Assembly (NCBI GenBank): GCA_041662625.1
Contig: JBAZSB010000001.1
Span: 51,572 to 115,571 of the forward strand
Length of the DNA stretch: 64,000 nucleotides
Direction of reading: 5' to 3'
Source of the DNA: Patescibacteria group bacterium
GTDB lineage: Bacteria > Patescibacteriota > Patescibacteriia > Buchananbacterales > UBA6539
Below the pieces are notes generated by a model. It saw only the letters and a list, made by a program, of their open reading frames with translations, had not been told where the DNA came from and ran no database searches. The translations under genes were made by a program, and so were the position numbers. This document shows positions 46,482 through 54,964 of the stretch, one piece after another (positions within the stretch are counted from its first letter, which is position 1; each line of letters opens with the position of its first letter).

Positions 46482-46502
46482 GTACTTGCTGAATTTACTA
46501 AT

Positions 46503-46562
46503 ATGAATAAAATCAGTCAAAACATCCATCATCACCAGATTGTCTCGCCAGAGTCGAGGTAA
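46503..46562 (+). promoter_or_regulatory. candidate leader peptide with three consecutive His codons (MNKISQNIHHHQIVSPESR), followed by a hairpin plus T-run (46585-46612)
   Basis: ATG 46503 ... cat cat cac ... TAA 46562. The hairpin ccccggctttggtcgggg plus ttttgctt lies 25 nt downstream. The next gene (radical SAM, then hisG-like) starts at 46657 with a strong SD. Confidence 0.3.
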
Positions 46563-46656
46563 TTTGGTATTTTGAAATATCAGCTTGCCCCGGCTTTGGT
46601 CGGGGTTTTGCTTATAGTGAGCAAAGCCGGCTCTTTGAGAATTTAGGAGGGGAATC

Positions 46657-47538
46657 ATGATTCAGCGTGTGATGGTTGAGTTAGATAATCGTTGTGGGCG
46701 TGATTGTCCGCAGTGCTATCTAGGGTCGGATAAGCGGGGTTTGCCTTTGACTGAAGCGGTCAGGCGGGTCAAAATTCTGCAGGCACTGGGTATACCTAGT
46801 ATTAAGCCGATTTTTGGCGAGGTGCTAGATCACCCGGAATATCTGCAGCTGTTTCCACTTCTTGGCCACCATTATTGCCTTAGCTCGGGCGCCGCGATAG
46901 TTTCCGATCCGTCAATCCGGCAGCAGCTGGTTCAAAATGGTATCAAGGCGGTGAGGCTAAGTGCTCATTACTTTGACCAAGGGCGCTGGTCGCCGGTGCC
47001 GCTATCAGTTGTCCATGAAGCGATCCGATTGTTGCACGAGGTTAGTATCAAGGCCGAAGCTTTCACTATACTCTGGCGTGGTAACTACCAGTCAGTATCA
47101 GCAATCTGCCAGCGGGCAATCGCGGATGGTATCTCTACGCTACGGTTCATCAACTTGATGCCGATCCGTCCCGAACTACGATCCGATGTTCTAACCGTCG
47201 CTGAGATTCAGCAGGTCTTTGACCAGGTGGCATTAATGCGTCAGCAGATTCCTAAAGATCAGTTGACCATTAAATTGCTCGGAAACTTCGGGCCAAGACC
47301 TGGGAGTTTAGGACAAGAGTTATCTCAGAGGCGATGCTATTGTCCTGCCGGTCGGGAGAGTATCTACATCGATATTGATGGTTTAGTCTACCCTTGTATG
47401 TTTCTGCGGGGGCCACAGTGGGTGATAGGTAGATTGAACAGAAGAAAATTGACAATCAAGCAAATAACCGATAGGTTTGATCGTCGAACCTGTCAACTAC
47501 TGATACAAACGAAGGAAAGGAGCTTGAACGATGAGTGA
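46657..47538 (+). CDS. radical SAM enzyme with C-terminal SPASM/twitch-like Cys motif
   Basis: CGRDCPQC (Cx3Cx2C) at residues 13-20; C-terminal CYCPAGRESIYIDIDGLVYPC. SD aggagggg; GC-rich. Confidence 0.7.
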   Translation: MIQRVMVELDNRCGRDCPQCYLGSDKRGLPLTEAVRRVKILQALGIPSIKPIFGEVLDHPEYLQLFPLLGHHYCLSSGAAIVSDPSIRQQLVQNGIKAVRLSAHYFDQGRWSPVPLSVVHEAIRLLHEVSIKAEAFTILWRGNYQSVSAICQRAIADGISTLRFINLMPIRPELRSDVLTVAEIQQVFDQVALMRQQIPKDQLTIKLLGNFGPRPGSLGQELSQRRCYCPAGRESIYIDIDGLVYPCMFLRGPQWVIGRLNRRKLTIKQITDRFDRRTCQLLIQTKERSLNDE

Positions 47539-48439
47539 CACACAGAGAGGTTGCCGGTTGTTGGTACCAGACGGTTCGCTAGAAGAAGAGGTGCAGCGCC
47601 TGCTTTTTGAAGCTGGTATTCCAGTTTACTTTTCGGGAGACCGTCAGAACCGCGGCAAGATCAGGAATCCCGATTTGTTTCCGCCGCCGTTTGACGGGGT
47701 AATTCGGATGCGGCCTCAAGATGCAGTCTGGATGGTGGCTGACGAAAAGGCAGACTTGGCATTCGCCGGTGATGATTTGATTGCCGAGTTTGGCTATGGA
47801 AGAGATCTTGCGGCAGTCAGGCGTTACCCGATTTCCCGGGGAGGCGTCGGCGAGACGCGAATTGTAGTGGCAGTACCCCATGACTCGCCGATTCAGTCAA
47901 TCGGTCAGATCACTCCTGAGTGCGAGCTGGTTACCGAATATCCCAGTCTTGCCACGAGATGGCTGCAAGAGAGGGGCGTCACGCCACGTATTCGCCTTTC
48001 TCACGGAAAGACGGAAGTTTTCGGCGGCGGGATCGCTGATGTCATCGTTGAAAACACCGAAACCGGTAATTCCTTAACCGTTGGCGGCTGGCGGATCATC
48101 GATGAAATCATGAGGTCGCAACTGCGCGTTTTTACTCACGGAAACGCCGGCAGTTTTATGTCTTGGCTTGAAGATGAATTCTGCCTATTGCTTGACTCCG
48201 TGATAAACGCGCGTTCCTACCGATTGATCAAGTGCAATTCACCCGCGGAGCGATTGGAAGCCGTTTTGGCCATACTGCCGGCCGCGGGATCGCCGACAGT
48301 TAGCCAACTGGCCGACAAACTGGGATTCGCTATTGAATCAGTCGTCCTTGCTAAACAAGTACCTGGTCTTGTCACGCGTCTTCGCCAAGCAGGGGCACAG
48401 GCTGTTATTGACTTGGAAATGGCCAAGTACATTCCTTAA
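47531..48439 (+). CDS. hisG: ATP phosphoribosyltransferase, long form (HisG-like)
   Basis: Collinear with E. coli HisG across catalytic and C-terminal domains (RLLVPDGSL; TEYPSLATRWL...GIADVIVENTETGNSL; SPAERLEAVLAILPAAGSPTVSQLAD; AVIDLEMAKYIP). Overlaps the radical SAM stop by 8 nt, so probably translationally coupled. Confidence 0.7.
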   Translation: MSDTQRGCRLLVPDGSLEEEVQRLLFEAGIPVYFSGDRQNRGKIRNPDLFPPPFDGVIRMRPQDAVWMVADEKADLAFAGDDLIAEFGYGRDLAAVRRYPISRGGVGETRIVVAVPHDSPIQSIGQITPECELVTEYPSLATRWLQERGVTPRIRLSHGKTEVFGGGIADVIVENTETGNSLTVGGWRIIDEIMRSQLRVFTHGNAGSFMSWLEDEFCLLLDSVINARSYRLIKCNSPAERLEAVLAILPAAGSPTVSQLADKLGFAIESVVLAKQVPGLVTRLRQAGAQAVIDLEMAKYIP

Positions 48440-48485
48440 GATATGATCGGGCGATTGTATCAAGGATGTTGAGCCATCATTTTGA

Positions 48486-48517
48486 TCAGGCGGAGACCGC
48501 ACGGTTTCCGCTTTTTT
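48486..48517 (+). terminator. terminator after the hisG-like gene
   Basis: caggcggagaccgcacggtttccgcttttttt; about 80% identical to the terminator at 46034-46067. Confidence 0.5.
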
Positions 48518-48544
48518 TTATTTTTATGGTATAATATAGGCATC

Positions 48545-49531
48545 ATGACGACTAAGCAATTAGCTAAATTTTTAGAATATTTGGCCCAGCAAAATATTGT
48601 TTGGGCGCCGCAGCGGATTGATGGGGAATTGGTCATCGAGCAGGTGACTGACCCCAAAAAAGTTGAGTTAACAAGCGAAATGCCGCTGTATTCTTTTAAG
48701 CAGATTTTGGTGCCTCCCGAAGAGGTGCTTTTTAATTATCAAAAAAATCAGATTAAACCTGAGATTAAATCGCCCAGCCAAGTAATTTTTGGTTTAACCA
48801 TCCCGGATTTAAAAGCAGTAACTTTTCTAAACCAAGTTTTTGCCCAAGATCCCTATTTTCAGAACCGAATTAAAAAGACTATAATTGTCGGCCATAGTTT
48901 GGTGCCGACCGAAGGCTATCAATTTTTTATCAATAAGTTTGCCGAAGATATTTTGGAACATTTGAAATTTGATATTTTCTTTGCTGTCCAGAAAGATAAA
49001 TTTATTATTTACGCCGGTTCGGAAGACGGTCAAAAAGTTTTAGATGACTTTGGCTATAAGAATTATCAATACATTGAATATGCCGGCCCGATTCGCGAAG
49101 AGGGACCGGATGGGCAAATGTTAAAAATCAGAGAGAAATTTTATCAAAATAAAGAGATTTGGCAAGAGCTTGGCAACCGCTGTATTGAATGCGGCAAGTG
49201 TACTTTGGTTTGTCCAACTTGTTTTTGCTACAATATTTTTGATCAGCCGGAATTTGAACCGAAATCCGGCCAGCGGCGGCGCTTTTGGACCACTTGTTTT
49301 TATACGGATTTTTCCGAAGTCGCTGGCACGGAAATTGATAAAATGAAACCAAAATTTTTGAAAAATACTAGCGCGCGAATTAGGTTTTGGTATGAACATA
49401 AGTTTGTCCGTTGCCCTGATGAATTTCAGCTGGCTGGTTGTGTTGGCTGTGGCCGCTGCACCAAGGTTTGTCCGGTGGGAATTGATATTAAGGAAACACT
49501 GCAGAAAATTTTGAAGGGAAAGATTAAATAA
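48545..49531 (+). CDS. hydB: group 3b [NiFe]-hydrogenase beta subunit (HydB/AsrA-like, 2x[4Fe-4S])
   Basis: CIECGKCTLVCPTCFC and CVGCGRCTKVCPVG ferredoxin motifs. ATG 48545 with an upstream TATAAT (about 48528). Followed by hydG. Confidence 0.65.
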   Translation: MTTKQLAKFLEYLAQQNIVWAPQRIDGELVIEQVTDPKKVELTSEMPLYSFKQILVPPEEVLFNYQKNQIKPEIKSPSQVIFGLTIPDLKAVTFLNQVFAQDPYFQNRIKKTIIVGHSLVPTEGYQFFINKFAEDILEHLKFDIFFAVQKDKFIIYAGSEDGQKVLDDFGYKNYQYIEYAGPIREEGPDGQMLKIREKFYQNKEIWQELGNRCIECGKCTLVCPTCFCYNIFDQPEFEPKSGQRRRFWTTCFYTDFSEVAGTEIDKMKPKFLKNTSARIRFWYEHKFVRCPDEFQLAGCVGCGRCTKVCPVGIDIKETLQKILKGKIK

Positions 49532-49532
49532 T

Positions 49533-49640
49533 ATCAAAATTCAAATTTCAAATGACAAACCAAATCCAAAATTCAAATTTCAAAATTTGTCATTTGATTT
49601 TTGATATTGATTTGACATTAGGATTTTGACATTTAAATTT
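49533..49640 (+). repeat. 'gacatt/tcaaat' palindromic element, copy 2
   Basis: caaatgacaaa...tttgtcatttg inverted repeat; the terminal gatttgacattaggattttgacattt is shared with copy 1 (reverse complement) and copy 3. Confidence 0.45.
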
Positions 49641-49642
49641 TT

Positions 49643-50461
49643 ATGTATAATCCCTACCTGCCAAAACTAGCCAAAGTCAAAAAGATTCAGCCGGAAACAC
49701 CGGACATGAAGCTTTTTACTTTTCAGTTTATTGATAAAAATGATCGGGATAATTTTGAATTTTGGCACGGCCAATTTTTAATGCTGGGAATATTAGGTCA
49801 AGGTGAGGCGGCCTTTGACATCTGCTCTTCAACAAAAAATTCTACCACCTTTGAATTGGCAGTGAGAAAAGTCGGGACTTTGACTGATAAATTACATCAA
49901 CTCAAGGTTAATGATTTAGTGACCATCCGTGGGCCGTTTGGCAATGGTTTGCCTTTGAAAAATTTTAAAGAGAAAGATTTACTTTTGATTAGCGGTGGTT
50001 GCGGTTTTGTCACCATGCGGTCTTTTGTTTTGGATTATTTGGCAGGTAAACTTCATTTGGGGAAACTAAATGTTTTTTATGGCTGTGCCAATGAAAAGAA
50101 TTTGTTATTTAAAAATGAATACAAAAAATGGCAGAAAAAAATTGATTTGGATATTGTTTTGGATCAGCCTACCAAAAATTGGTCCGGCCCAACAGGAGTG
50201 ATTACCGCTTTGTTTAATGATCAACAGGATTTTTCCGATACCATTGCTTTAGTGGTTGGTCCGCCAGTGATGTATAAATTTGTAATTGAAGAATTGCAAA
50301 AAAGAGGAATGAAAGATTCAGATATTTATTTATCACTGGAACGCCGGATGTATTGTGGTGTAGGCGTTTGTCAGCATTGTGCGATTGGCCCCTATTATGT
50401 CTGCAAAGACGGGCCAGTGTTTAGCTGGCAGCAGCTTAAAGATATCCCCGGAGCTATATAA
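49643..50461 (+). CDS. hydG: group 3b hydrogenase gamma subunit (PyrK/AsrB-like FAD/NAD(P)-binding, C-terminal [2Fe-2S])
   Basis: Ferredoxin-reductase fold motifs (GGCGFVTMRS) and C-terminal CGVGVCQHCAIGPYYVCKDG cluster. Confidence 0.7.
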   Translation: MYNPYLPKLAKVKKIQPETPDMKLFTFQFIDKNDRDNFEFWHGQFLMLGILGQGEAAFDICSSTKNSTTFELAVRKVGTLTDKLHQLKVNDLVTIRGPFGNGLPLKNFKEKDLLLISGGCGFVTMRSFVLDYLAGKLHLGKLNVFYGCANEKNLLFKNEYKKWQKKIDLDIVLDQPTKNWSGPTGVITALFNDQQDFSDTIALVVGPPVMYKFVIEELQKRGMKDSDIYLSLERRMYCGVGVCQHCAIGPYYVCKDGPVFSWQQLKDIPGAI

Positions 50462-50487
50462 TAATTAACATTTAACTTTACAAATTT

Positions 50488-50565
50488 ATGCCTTGTCGTT
50501 GCAGTTGCTGTGGCCCCGCAAAATCAAAGGCCAAGCCAAAAAAGAAATCTAAGAAAAAAAAGTAA
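50488..50565 (+). CDS. candidate 25-aa Cys-rich, polylysine-tailed peptide (MPCRCSCCGPAKSKAKPKKKSKKKK)
   Basis: Fits exactly between the hydG stop (50461) and the nikM-like start (50589). Not in the ORF track because it is under 60 aa. Confidence 0.3.
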   Translation: MPCRCSCCGPAKSKAKPKKKSKKKK

Positions 50566-50588
50566 ATTTTTTGATTTAAGATTTTATT

Positions 50589-51287
50589 ATGCACATACCC
50601 GATGGGTTTTTAACCAGTCAGATTAATTATAGTCTGACCGTAGTATCGCTTGTTGTCGGTGGTTTTGCTTTAAAAAAAATTAAAGATTTGTTTTTTGAAA
50701 AAAGTCAGGTCTTAGCATCGCAGCTCGTGACTAGTATTGGCCAAATGGGCCAATCAAAATTAGTCAGCCGTTGGTTTTTGAAAAAAAATGCCAGCCAAAA
50801 AATTCAGCAAATAGTTTTAGTTTTCTGCTTAGTTTTTACCATTCAAATGATAGATTTTGTTAAAATTGGTGGTATTCCTGGCCATTTAATTGGCAGTTTT
50901 TTAGCGGCTTTAGTTTTGGGACCTTGGGCCGGGATTTTGATCATATCAGCGGTTTTAGCGGTCCAGGCAATATTTTTAGGTGACGGCGGCATTATGGTTT
51001 TGGGCGTTAATATTTTTAATATGGCCCTAGTTGGCTGTCTTGGCGGTTATTATCTTTATTTAATATTAAAAAAGTTAGCAAAAAATAATAATTTAGCAAT
51101 TTTTTTCGCCAGTTGGTTTTCCGTTTTAGTAATGGTATTAGCTTATGCTACTGAAGCGAAAATTACCGGCCGAACATCAGGGGTTGATCTGTTAGTAATG
51201 GTCCACGTTTTAGTTGGTGTCATTGAGGGATTAGTCACCGTTTTAGCTTTAAAATATTTATTTTCTGATAAAACCTATGAAAAATAA
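50589..51287 (+). CDS. CbiM/NikM family metal (Ni/Co) transporter substrate-capture component
   Basis: N-terminus MHIPDGFL (CbiM/NikM hallmark M-H-x-x-E/D-G); about 6 TM; hydrogenase context suggests nickel. Confidence 0.65.
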   Translation: MHIPDGFLTSQINYSLTVVSLVVGGFALKKIKDLFFEKSQVLASQLVTSIGQMGQSKLVSRWFLKKNASQKIQQIVLVFCLVFTIQMIDFVKIGGIPGHLIGSFLAALVLGPWAGILIISAVLAVQAIFLGDGGIMVLGVNIFNMALVGCLGGYYLYLILKKLAKNNNLAIFFASWFSVLVMVLAYATEAKITGRTSGVDLLVMVHVLVGVIEGLVTVLALKYLFSDKTYEK

Positions 51288-51675
51288 AATCCCATTTTTT
51301 GCTTTTTTGCTTTTTTGCTTTTTTGTTTTCTTGTTTACTGGTTGTCAGCTTAAGGAAAATTATTCGATGCAATCAAGTTTCACTAATGACATTGCTACGG
51401 AAACTAAAGTTGAAGTGGTGACTGATGGTCTTAATGCGGAAGTGCCGTTTGCTGACTTTAGTTGTGACATTAAAAGTTTTAAGCCAGTTTTAAATCGTGA
51501 TGCTGATACTTTTACTATTACTTTAAAGGGTAATGAAACCACTGAACGGTGTGGGCAGAAATTTTCTGCTCAAATCACCGGCGTTGTCCCGGGTACTTAT
51601 TGGTTAAAAGTGATTTACCAAAAAGCCGGGTCTAGTCAGCAAGTTTTATATCAGCAGTTTACCATTGCCAAGTGA
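51277..51675 (+). CDS. hypothetical lipoprotein (possible transporter accessory protein)
   Basis: Signal peptide plus lipobox FTGC; overlaps the nikM-like stop. Confidence 0.4.
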   Translation: MKNKIPFFAFLLFCFFVFLFTGCQLKENYSMQSSFTNDIATETKVEVVTDGLNAEVPFADFSCDIKSFKPVLNRDADTFTITLKGNETTERCGQKFSAQITGVVPGTYWLKVIYQKAGSSQQVLYQQFTIAK

Positions 51676-51699
51676 TTCTCGGCTAAAAGCTATAAAGAT

Positions 51700-51894
51700 A
51701 TGTGCTTAACTAAGCCAGCCAAAATTAAAAAAGTTAAAGGTCAATCAGCTGAATTGATTGATGGCCGCAAAGTCAGCGTGGCTTTTGCCGGTAAGATTAA
51801 GAAAGACGACTGGGTTTTAGCTAATGCTAATTTGGCTGTTGCTAAAATTTCTAGCAAAGTGGCCAAAGAAATTAATCAATATTTAAAAATATGA
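51700..51894 (+). CDS. hypC: hydrogenase maturation factor HypC/HupF
   Basis: MCLTKP N-terminus (MC(L/I)xxP) and DWVLANANLAV core; 64 aa (short). Confidence 0.65.
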   Translation: MCLTKPAKIKKVKGQSAELIDGRKVSVAFAGKIKKDDWVLANANLAVAKISSKVAKEINQYLKI

Positions 51895-52811
51895 AGAAAG
51901 GCATATATTTAGTTTTAATCACGGCGGTTGTTTCCGGCCTAGCTAACTTTTTCAATAAGTTTGGGATGCAGGCTTTAGGCAAAGATGCTTTTCAGTATAC
52001 GACATTGAAAAATGTCATTGTCGCTTTAGTTTTGTCCCTAATCGTTTTGACGCCTTGGATTTTACCAAAGTTGAAAAAATTAACCAAGAAAGAATGGGCT
52101 CAGTTGGCTTTAATTGGATTAATTGGCGGCAGCATTCCATTTTTATTGTTCTTCAAAGGTTTGAGCTTAACTTCGTCAGTTTCGGCTTCGTTCATTCATA
52201 AGACTATGTTTGTTTGGGTAGCAATTCTAGCCTGGCCGATCTTGAAAGAAAAAATTTCTAAACTGCAATTTTTAGCTTTAGGTATTTTGCTTTTAGGTAA
52301 TATTATTTTTGAAGGCTTCAGAGGCTTAAATTGGGGAATGGCCGAAACTTTAATTTTAGTGGCAACACTATTTTGGGCCGCAGAAAGCGTGATTGCCAAA
52401 ATTAGTCTAAAAAATATTGATTCAACGGTTTTAGCCTGGGGCCGGATGTTTTTTGGGGCGATGTTTCTACTTGGGTTTTTATTAGTCACCGGTAATACCG
52501 CAGGGCTTTTGACTTTAAGTTTGTCCCAAGTAAGTTGGCTGTTACTGGTTTCAACATTTCTGACCGGCTACGTTTTGACTTGGTATGCAGCACTAAAGAA
52601 ATTGCCGGCAACAGTGGTGACTTGCTTTTTAGTCATTGCTTCGCCAATTACGACATTTTTGAACAGCATTTTTGTCAGCCATAAGTTGGCGGGGCATAAT
52701 ATTTGGGGAGTAATAATAATTCTAGCCGGAATATTATTGTTTTGGCAGTTTAAAGAATCAAAAATTAAGAATCAAGAATTAAGGAAAGATTTTAGCGTCC
52801 TTGATTCGTAA
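51891..52811 (+). CDS. EamA/DMT family transporter
   Basis: 10 predicted TM in two EamA repeats. Confidence 0.65.
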   Translation: MKKGIYLVLITAVVSGLANFFNKFGMQALGKDAFQYTTLKNVIVALVLSLIVLTPWILPKLKKLTKKEWAQLALIGLIGGSIPFLLFFKGLSLTSSVSASFIHKTMFVWVAILAWPILKEKISKLQFLALGILLLGNIIFEGFRGLNWGMAETLILVATLFWAAESVIAKISLKNIDSTVLAWGRMFFGAMFLLGFLLVTGNTAGLLTLSLSQVSWLLLVSTFLTGYVLTWYAALKKLPATVVTCFLVIASPITTFLNSIFVSHKLAGHNIWGVIIILAGILLFWQFKESKIKNQELRKDFSVLDS

Positions 52812-52833
52812 TTCATGATTCATAATTCTTTTT

Positions 52834-53619
52834 ATGTTTGAGAATCAAAAATTTGACGGTTCCTTGCTTGCCGCGCGTTATGCTTTCATGCCCAACAAGT
52901 TACGTTACTGCGGACCTGATTCCAATTCTGAACTTTTTGCTTATACTGCCGCGAACCAAAGTGATGCCGGCTTGCAGGCAATGCTGAAAGAATTTGAAAC
53001 CATGTTTCCTTATTTAAGGCTGATTGCCGAAGCTAACCATATTGCTGACCCCTTTAATTACAAAGTCGTTGAAGCCTATTGGATTGGCAATGAATTGTTG
53101 GAAAATGTTACTATGCAGAACTTCTATCGTTATTTAGTTGATGAGCAGAAACTGAAAAAGAAATTCAAGCCAGCAGTTTTAGAAAAAGTCTTTGGCAAAA
53201 TTCCCGTTGGCGCCAAGCCGCATCATAGCTTTCATGTCTTTAACATTCCGAAGCGGACCGGGCATTATCCAGTCGAGCATAGTTTGGTGACAATGGATAG
53301 CTGCAGAATTACGCCAGCGAAAATAAAAGCTTTGGCAAGCGGCTCAAAGCCCATAGCTCAAAGCTCAAAGCTTTCCGGGATGATGGCCGTAGAATATCAG
53401 CCGTTGGTATTGCTGGGAGATAGGTTGGAGTTAGGCGAGATGGTTGAAAAAGAAGTGCTTTGCGAAATGAATGATAAAGCATTTGTTAAACAGCCAAAAG
53501 TTGGTGATTGGGTTTCTTTGCACTGGAGCTGGGTCTGCGATTTTTTGACTAAAGATCAGGTTGATAATCTGCAGAAATGGACTAAATATAATTTAGCATT
53601 AACTAATCTAAACCTATGA
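52834..53619 (+). CDS. hypothetical protein
   Basis: 261-aa soluble ORF with no recognisable motif, inside the hydrogenase locus. Confidence 0.45.
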   Translation: MFENQKFDGSLLAARYAFMPNKLRYCGPDSNSELFAYTAANQSDAGLQAMLKEFETMFPYLRLIAEANHIADPFNYKVVEAYWIGNELLENVTMQNFYRYLVDEQKLKKKFKPAVLEKVFGKIPVGAKPHHSFHVFNIPKRTGHYPVEHSLVTMDSCRITPAKIKALASGSKPIAQSSKLSGMMAVEYQPLVLLGDRLELGEMVEKEVLCEMNDKAFVKQPKVGDWVSLHWSWVCDFLTKDQVDNLQKWTKYNLALTNLNL

Positions 53620-54104
53620 AACAAGTTGATATTAAACAAGCAATAGAAAAGAAATATCCTGAAGTTGTAGTACTAGTGACTTCAATTGATAAATCTGGAA
53701 AGCCCAATGTGATGCCTGCCGGCTGGTTTGCTTTCTCTAATTCCGAGCCAGCTTGTTTGACCGTGGCAATCGGCTACAAACGTTATACTCATAAATTAAT
53801 TTCCCAGACTAAAGAATTTGTAGTTTGTTTCCCTTCGCTTGGCCAGGAAAAGGACATTGAATATTGCGGCGAAGTCAGCGGCGCCGAAGTTGATAAATTT
53901 GCGAATTGTAATTTAGAGATTTTACCTGCCGTCGAAGTTAAGCCTCCATTAATAAAAAATTCAGTTGCTTGTTTTGAGTGCAAAATTATTAATATGATGG
54001 ATTTAGCTGACCACACGGTATTTGCGGGTGAAATTGTGGCGGCGCATATTAGTGACAATAAAAGAATTTATAATTTTGGCCATCGGGTTTTTAAAACAGT
54101 ATGA
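53616..54104 (+). CDS. flavin reductase-like FMN-binding protein
   Basis: Split-barrel flavin reductase pattern (VVVLVTS..DKSGKPNVMPAGW). Confidence 0.6.
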   Translation: MKQVDIKQAIEKKYPEVVVLVTSIDKSGKPNVMPAGWFAFSNSEPACLTVAIGYKRYTHKLISQTKEFVVCFPSLGQEKDIEYCGEVSGAEVDKFANCNLEILPAVEVKPPLIKNSVACFECKIINMMDLADHTVFAGEIVAAHISDNKRIYNFGHRVFKTV

Positions 54105-54964
54105 AAATTAAGAATAAAAAACCAAAAGTTGCCATTGTCGGCCTGACTTGCTGTGAAGGCTGTGAGTTTGCAATACTGGACTTAGGCCAGCGGTTTTTGG
54201 ATTTGGCTAAATGGATTGATCTGGTTGAATTTAGAATGGTCAAAGATGATCCGCCAAAAAGTGGACCATATGATATTTGTTTTATTGAAGGTTCGGCGGT
54301 GACCAAAAAGAATTTGCAAGTTTTAAAGGAGCTGCGGAAAGTTTCAAAAAAATTGATTGTTTTAGGCAACTGCGCCCACACTGGCGGCATTCACCGGATG
54401 AAAAATTTCATCGGCCGGATTAAAGCCATTGGTCAAGTTTACAATCAGCCAAAAGGGATTGATAATCCGCCGGTTTTACCAATTTCCGAAATTGTTAAAG
54501 TTGATTTTGTCATCCCGACTTGCCCGATTAATGCCGAGGAATTTTTAGCGATTATTCAGCAAATTTTAGCCGGTAAAACGCCGCAGATTCCGCAAAACCC
54601 GGTTTGCTACCAGTGCCAAATCAATGGCTATGAATGTTTGCTCCAAAAAGGCGAGCTGTGTTGCGGGCCAATTACTTTAGGCGGTTGCCAGGCGGTTTGT
54701 CTAAAGAGTAAGCAAGCTTGTTGGGGTTGTCGGGGACTTTTGGAAGAACCTGATGTTGATAAATTTGTTAAAAATTGTTTTTTAGCTGACCATCCGATTG
54801 GCGAGATAACCAGAGTCCTGGAGGTTTTCGGGGTGCGCGATGACTGGGGCGAGCAAGCAGTCAAGGAATGGAAAAGTCAGCAGACGCCGAAGGATCTGAT
54901 GGTAGTTAAAAAGAAATCCAAAATCCAAATGACAAATGTCAAATCAAATCCAAAATCCAAATGA
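54101..54964 (+). CDS. hydD: group 3b [NiFe]-hydrogenase small (delta) subunit
   Basis: N-terminal CCEGCE cluster motif (NuoB/hydrogenase small subunit family). The last about 17 codons run into repeat copy 3. Confidence 0.7.
   Translation: MKIKNKKPKVAIVGLTCCEGCEFAILDLGQRFLDLAKWIDLVEFRMVKDDPPKSGPYDICFIEGSAVTKKNLQVLKELRKVSKKLIVLGNCAHTGGIHRMKNFIGRIKAIGQVYNQPKGIDNPPVLPISEIVKVDFVIPTCPINAEEFLAIIQQILAGKTPQIPQNPVCYQCQINGYECLLQKGELCCGPITLGGCQAVCLKSKQACWGCRGLLEEPDVDKFVKNCFLADHPIGEITRVLEVFGVRDDWGEQAVKEWKSQQTPKDLMVVKKKSKIQMTNVKSNPKSK

Noticed and set aside
49626-49651. Sigma70 promoter TTGACA...TATAAT immediately at the hydG start
   Set aside because: The TATAAT is inside the first codons (atg tat aat) and the spacing to TTGACA is only about 14 nt, so it is not a plausible -35/-10 pair. 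The TTGACA belongs to the repeat element.
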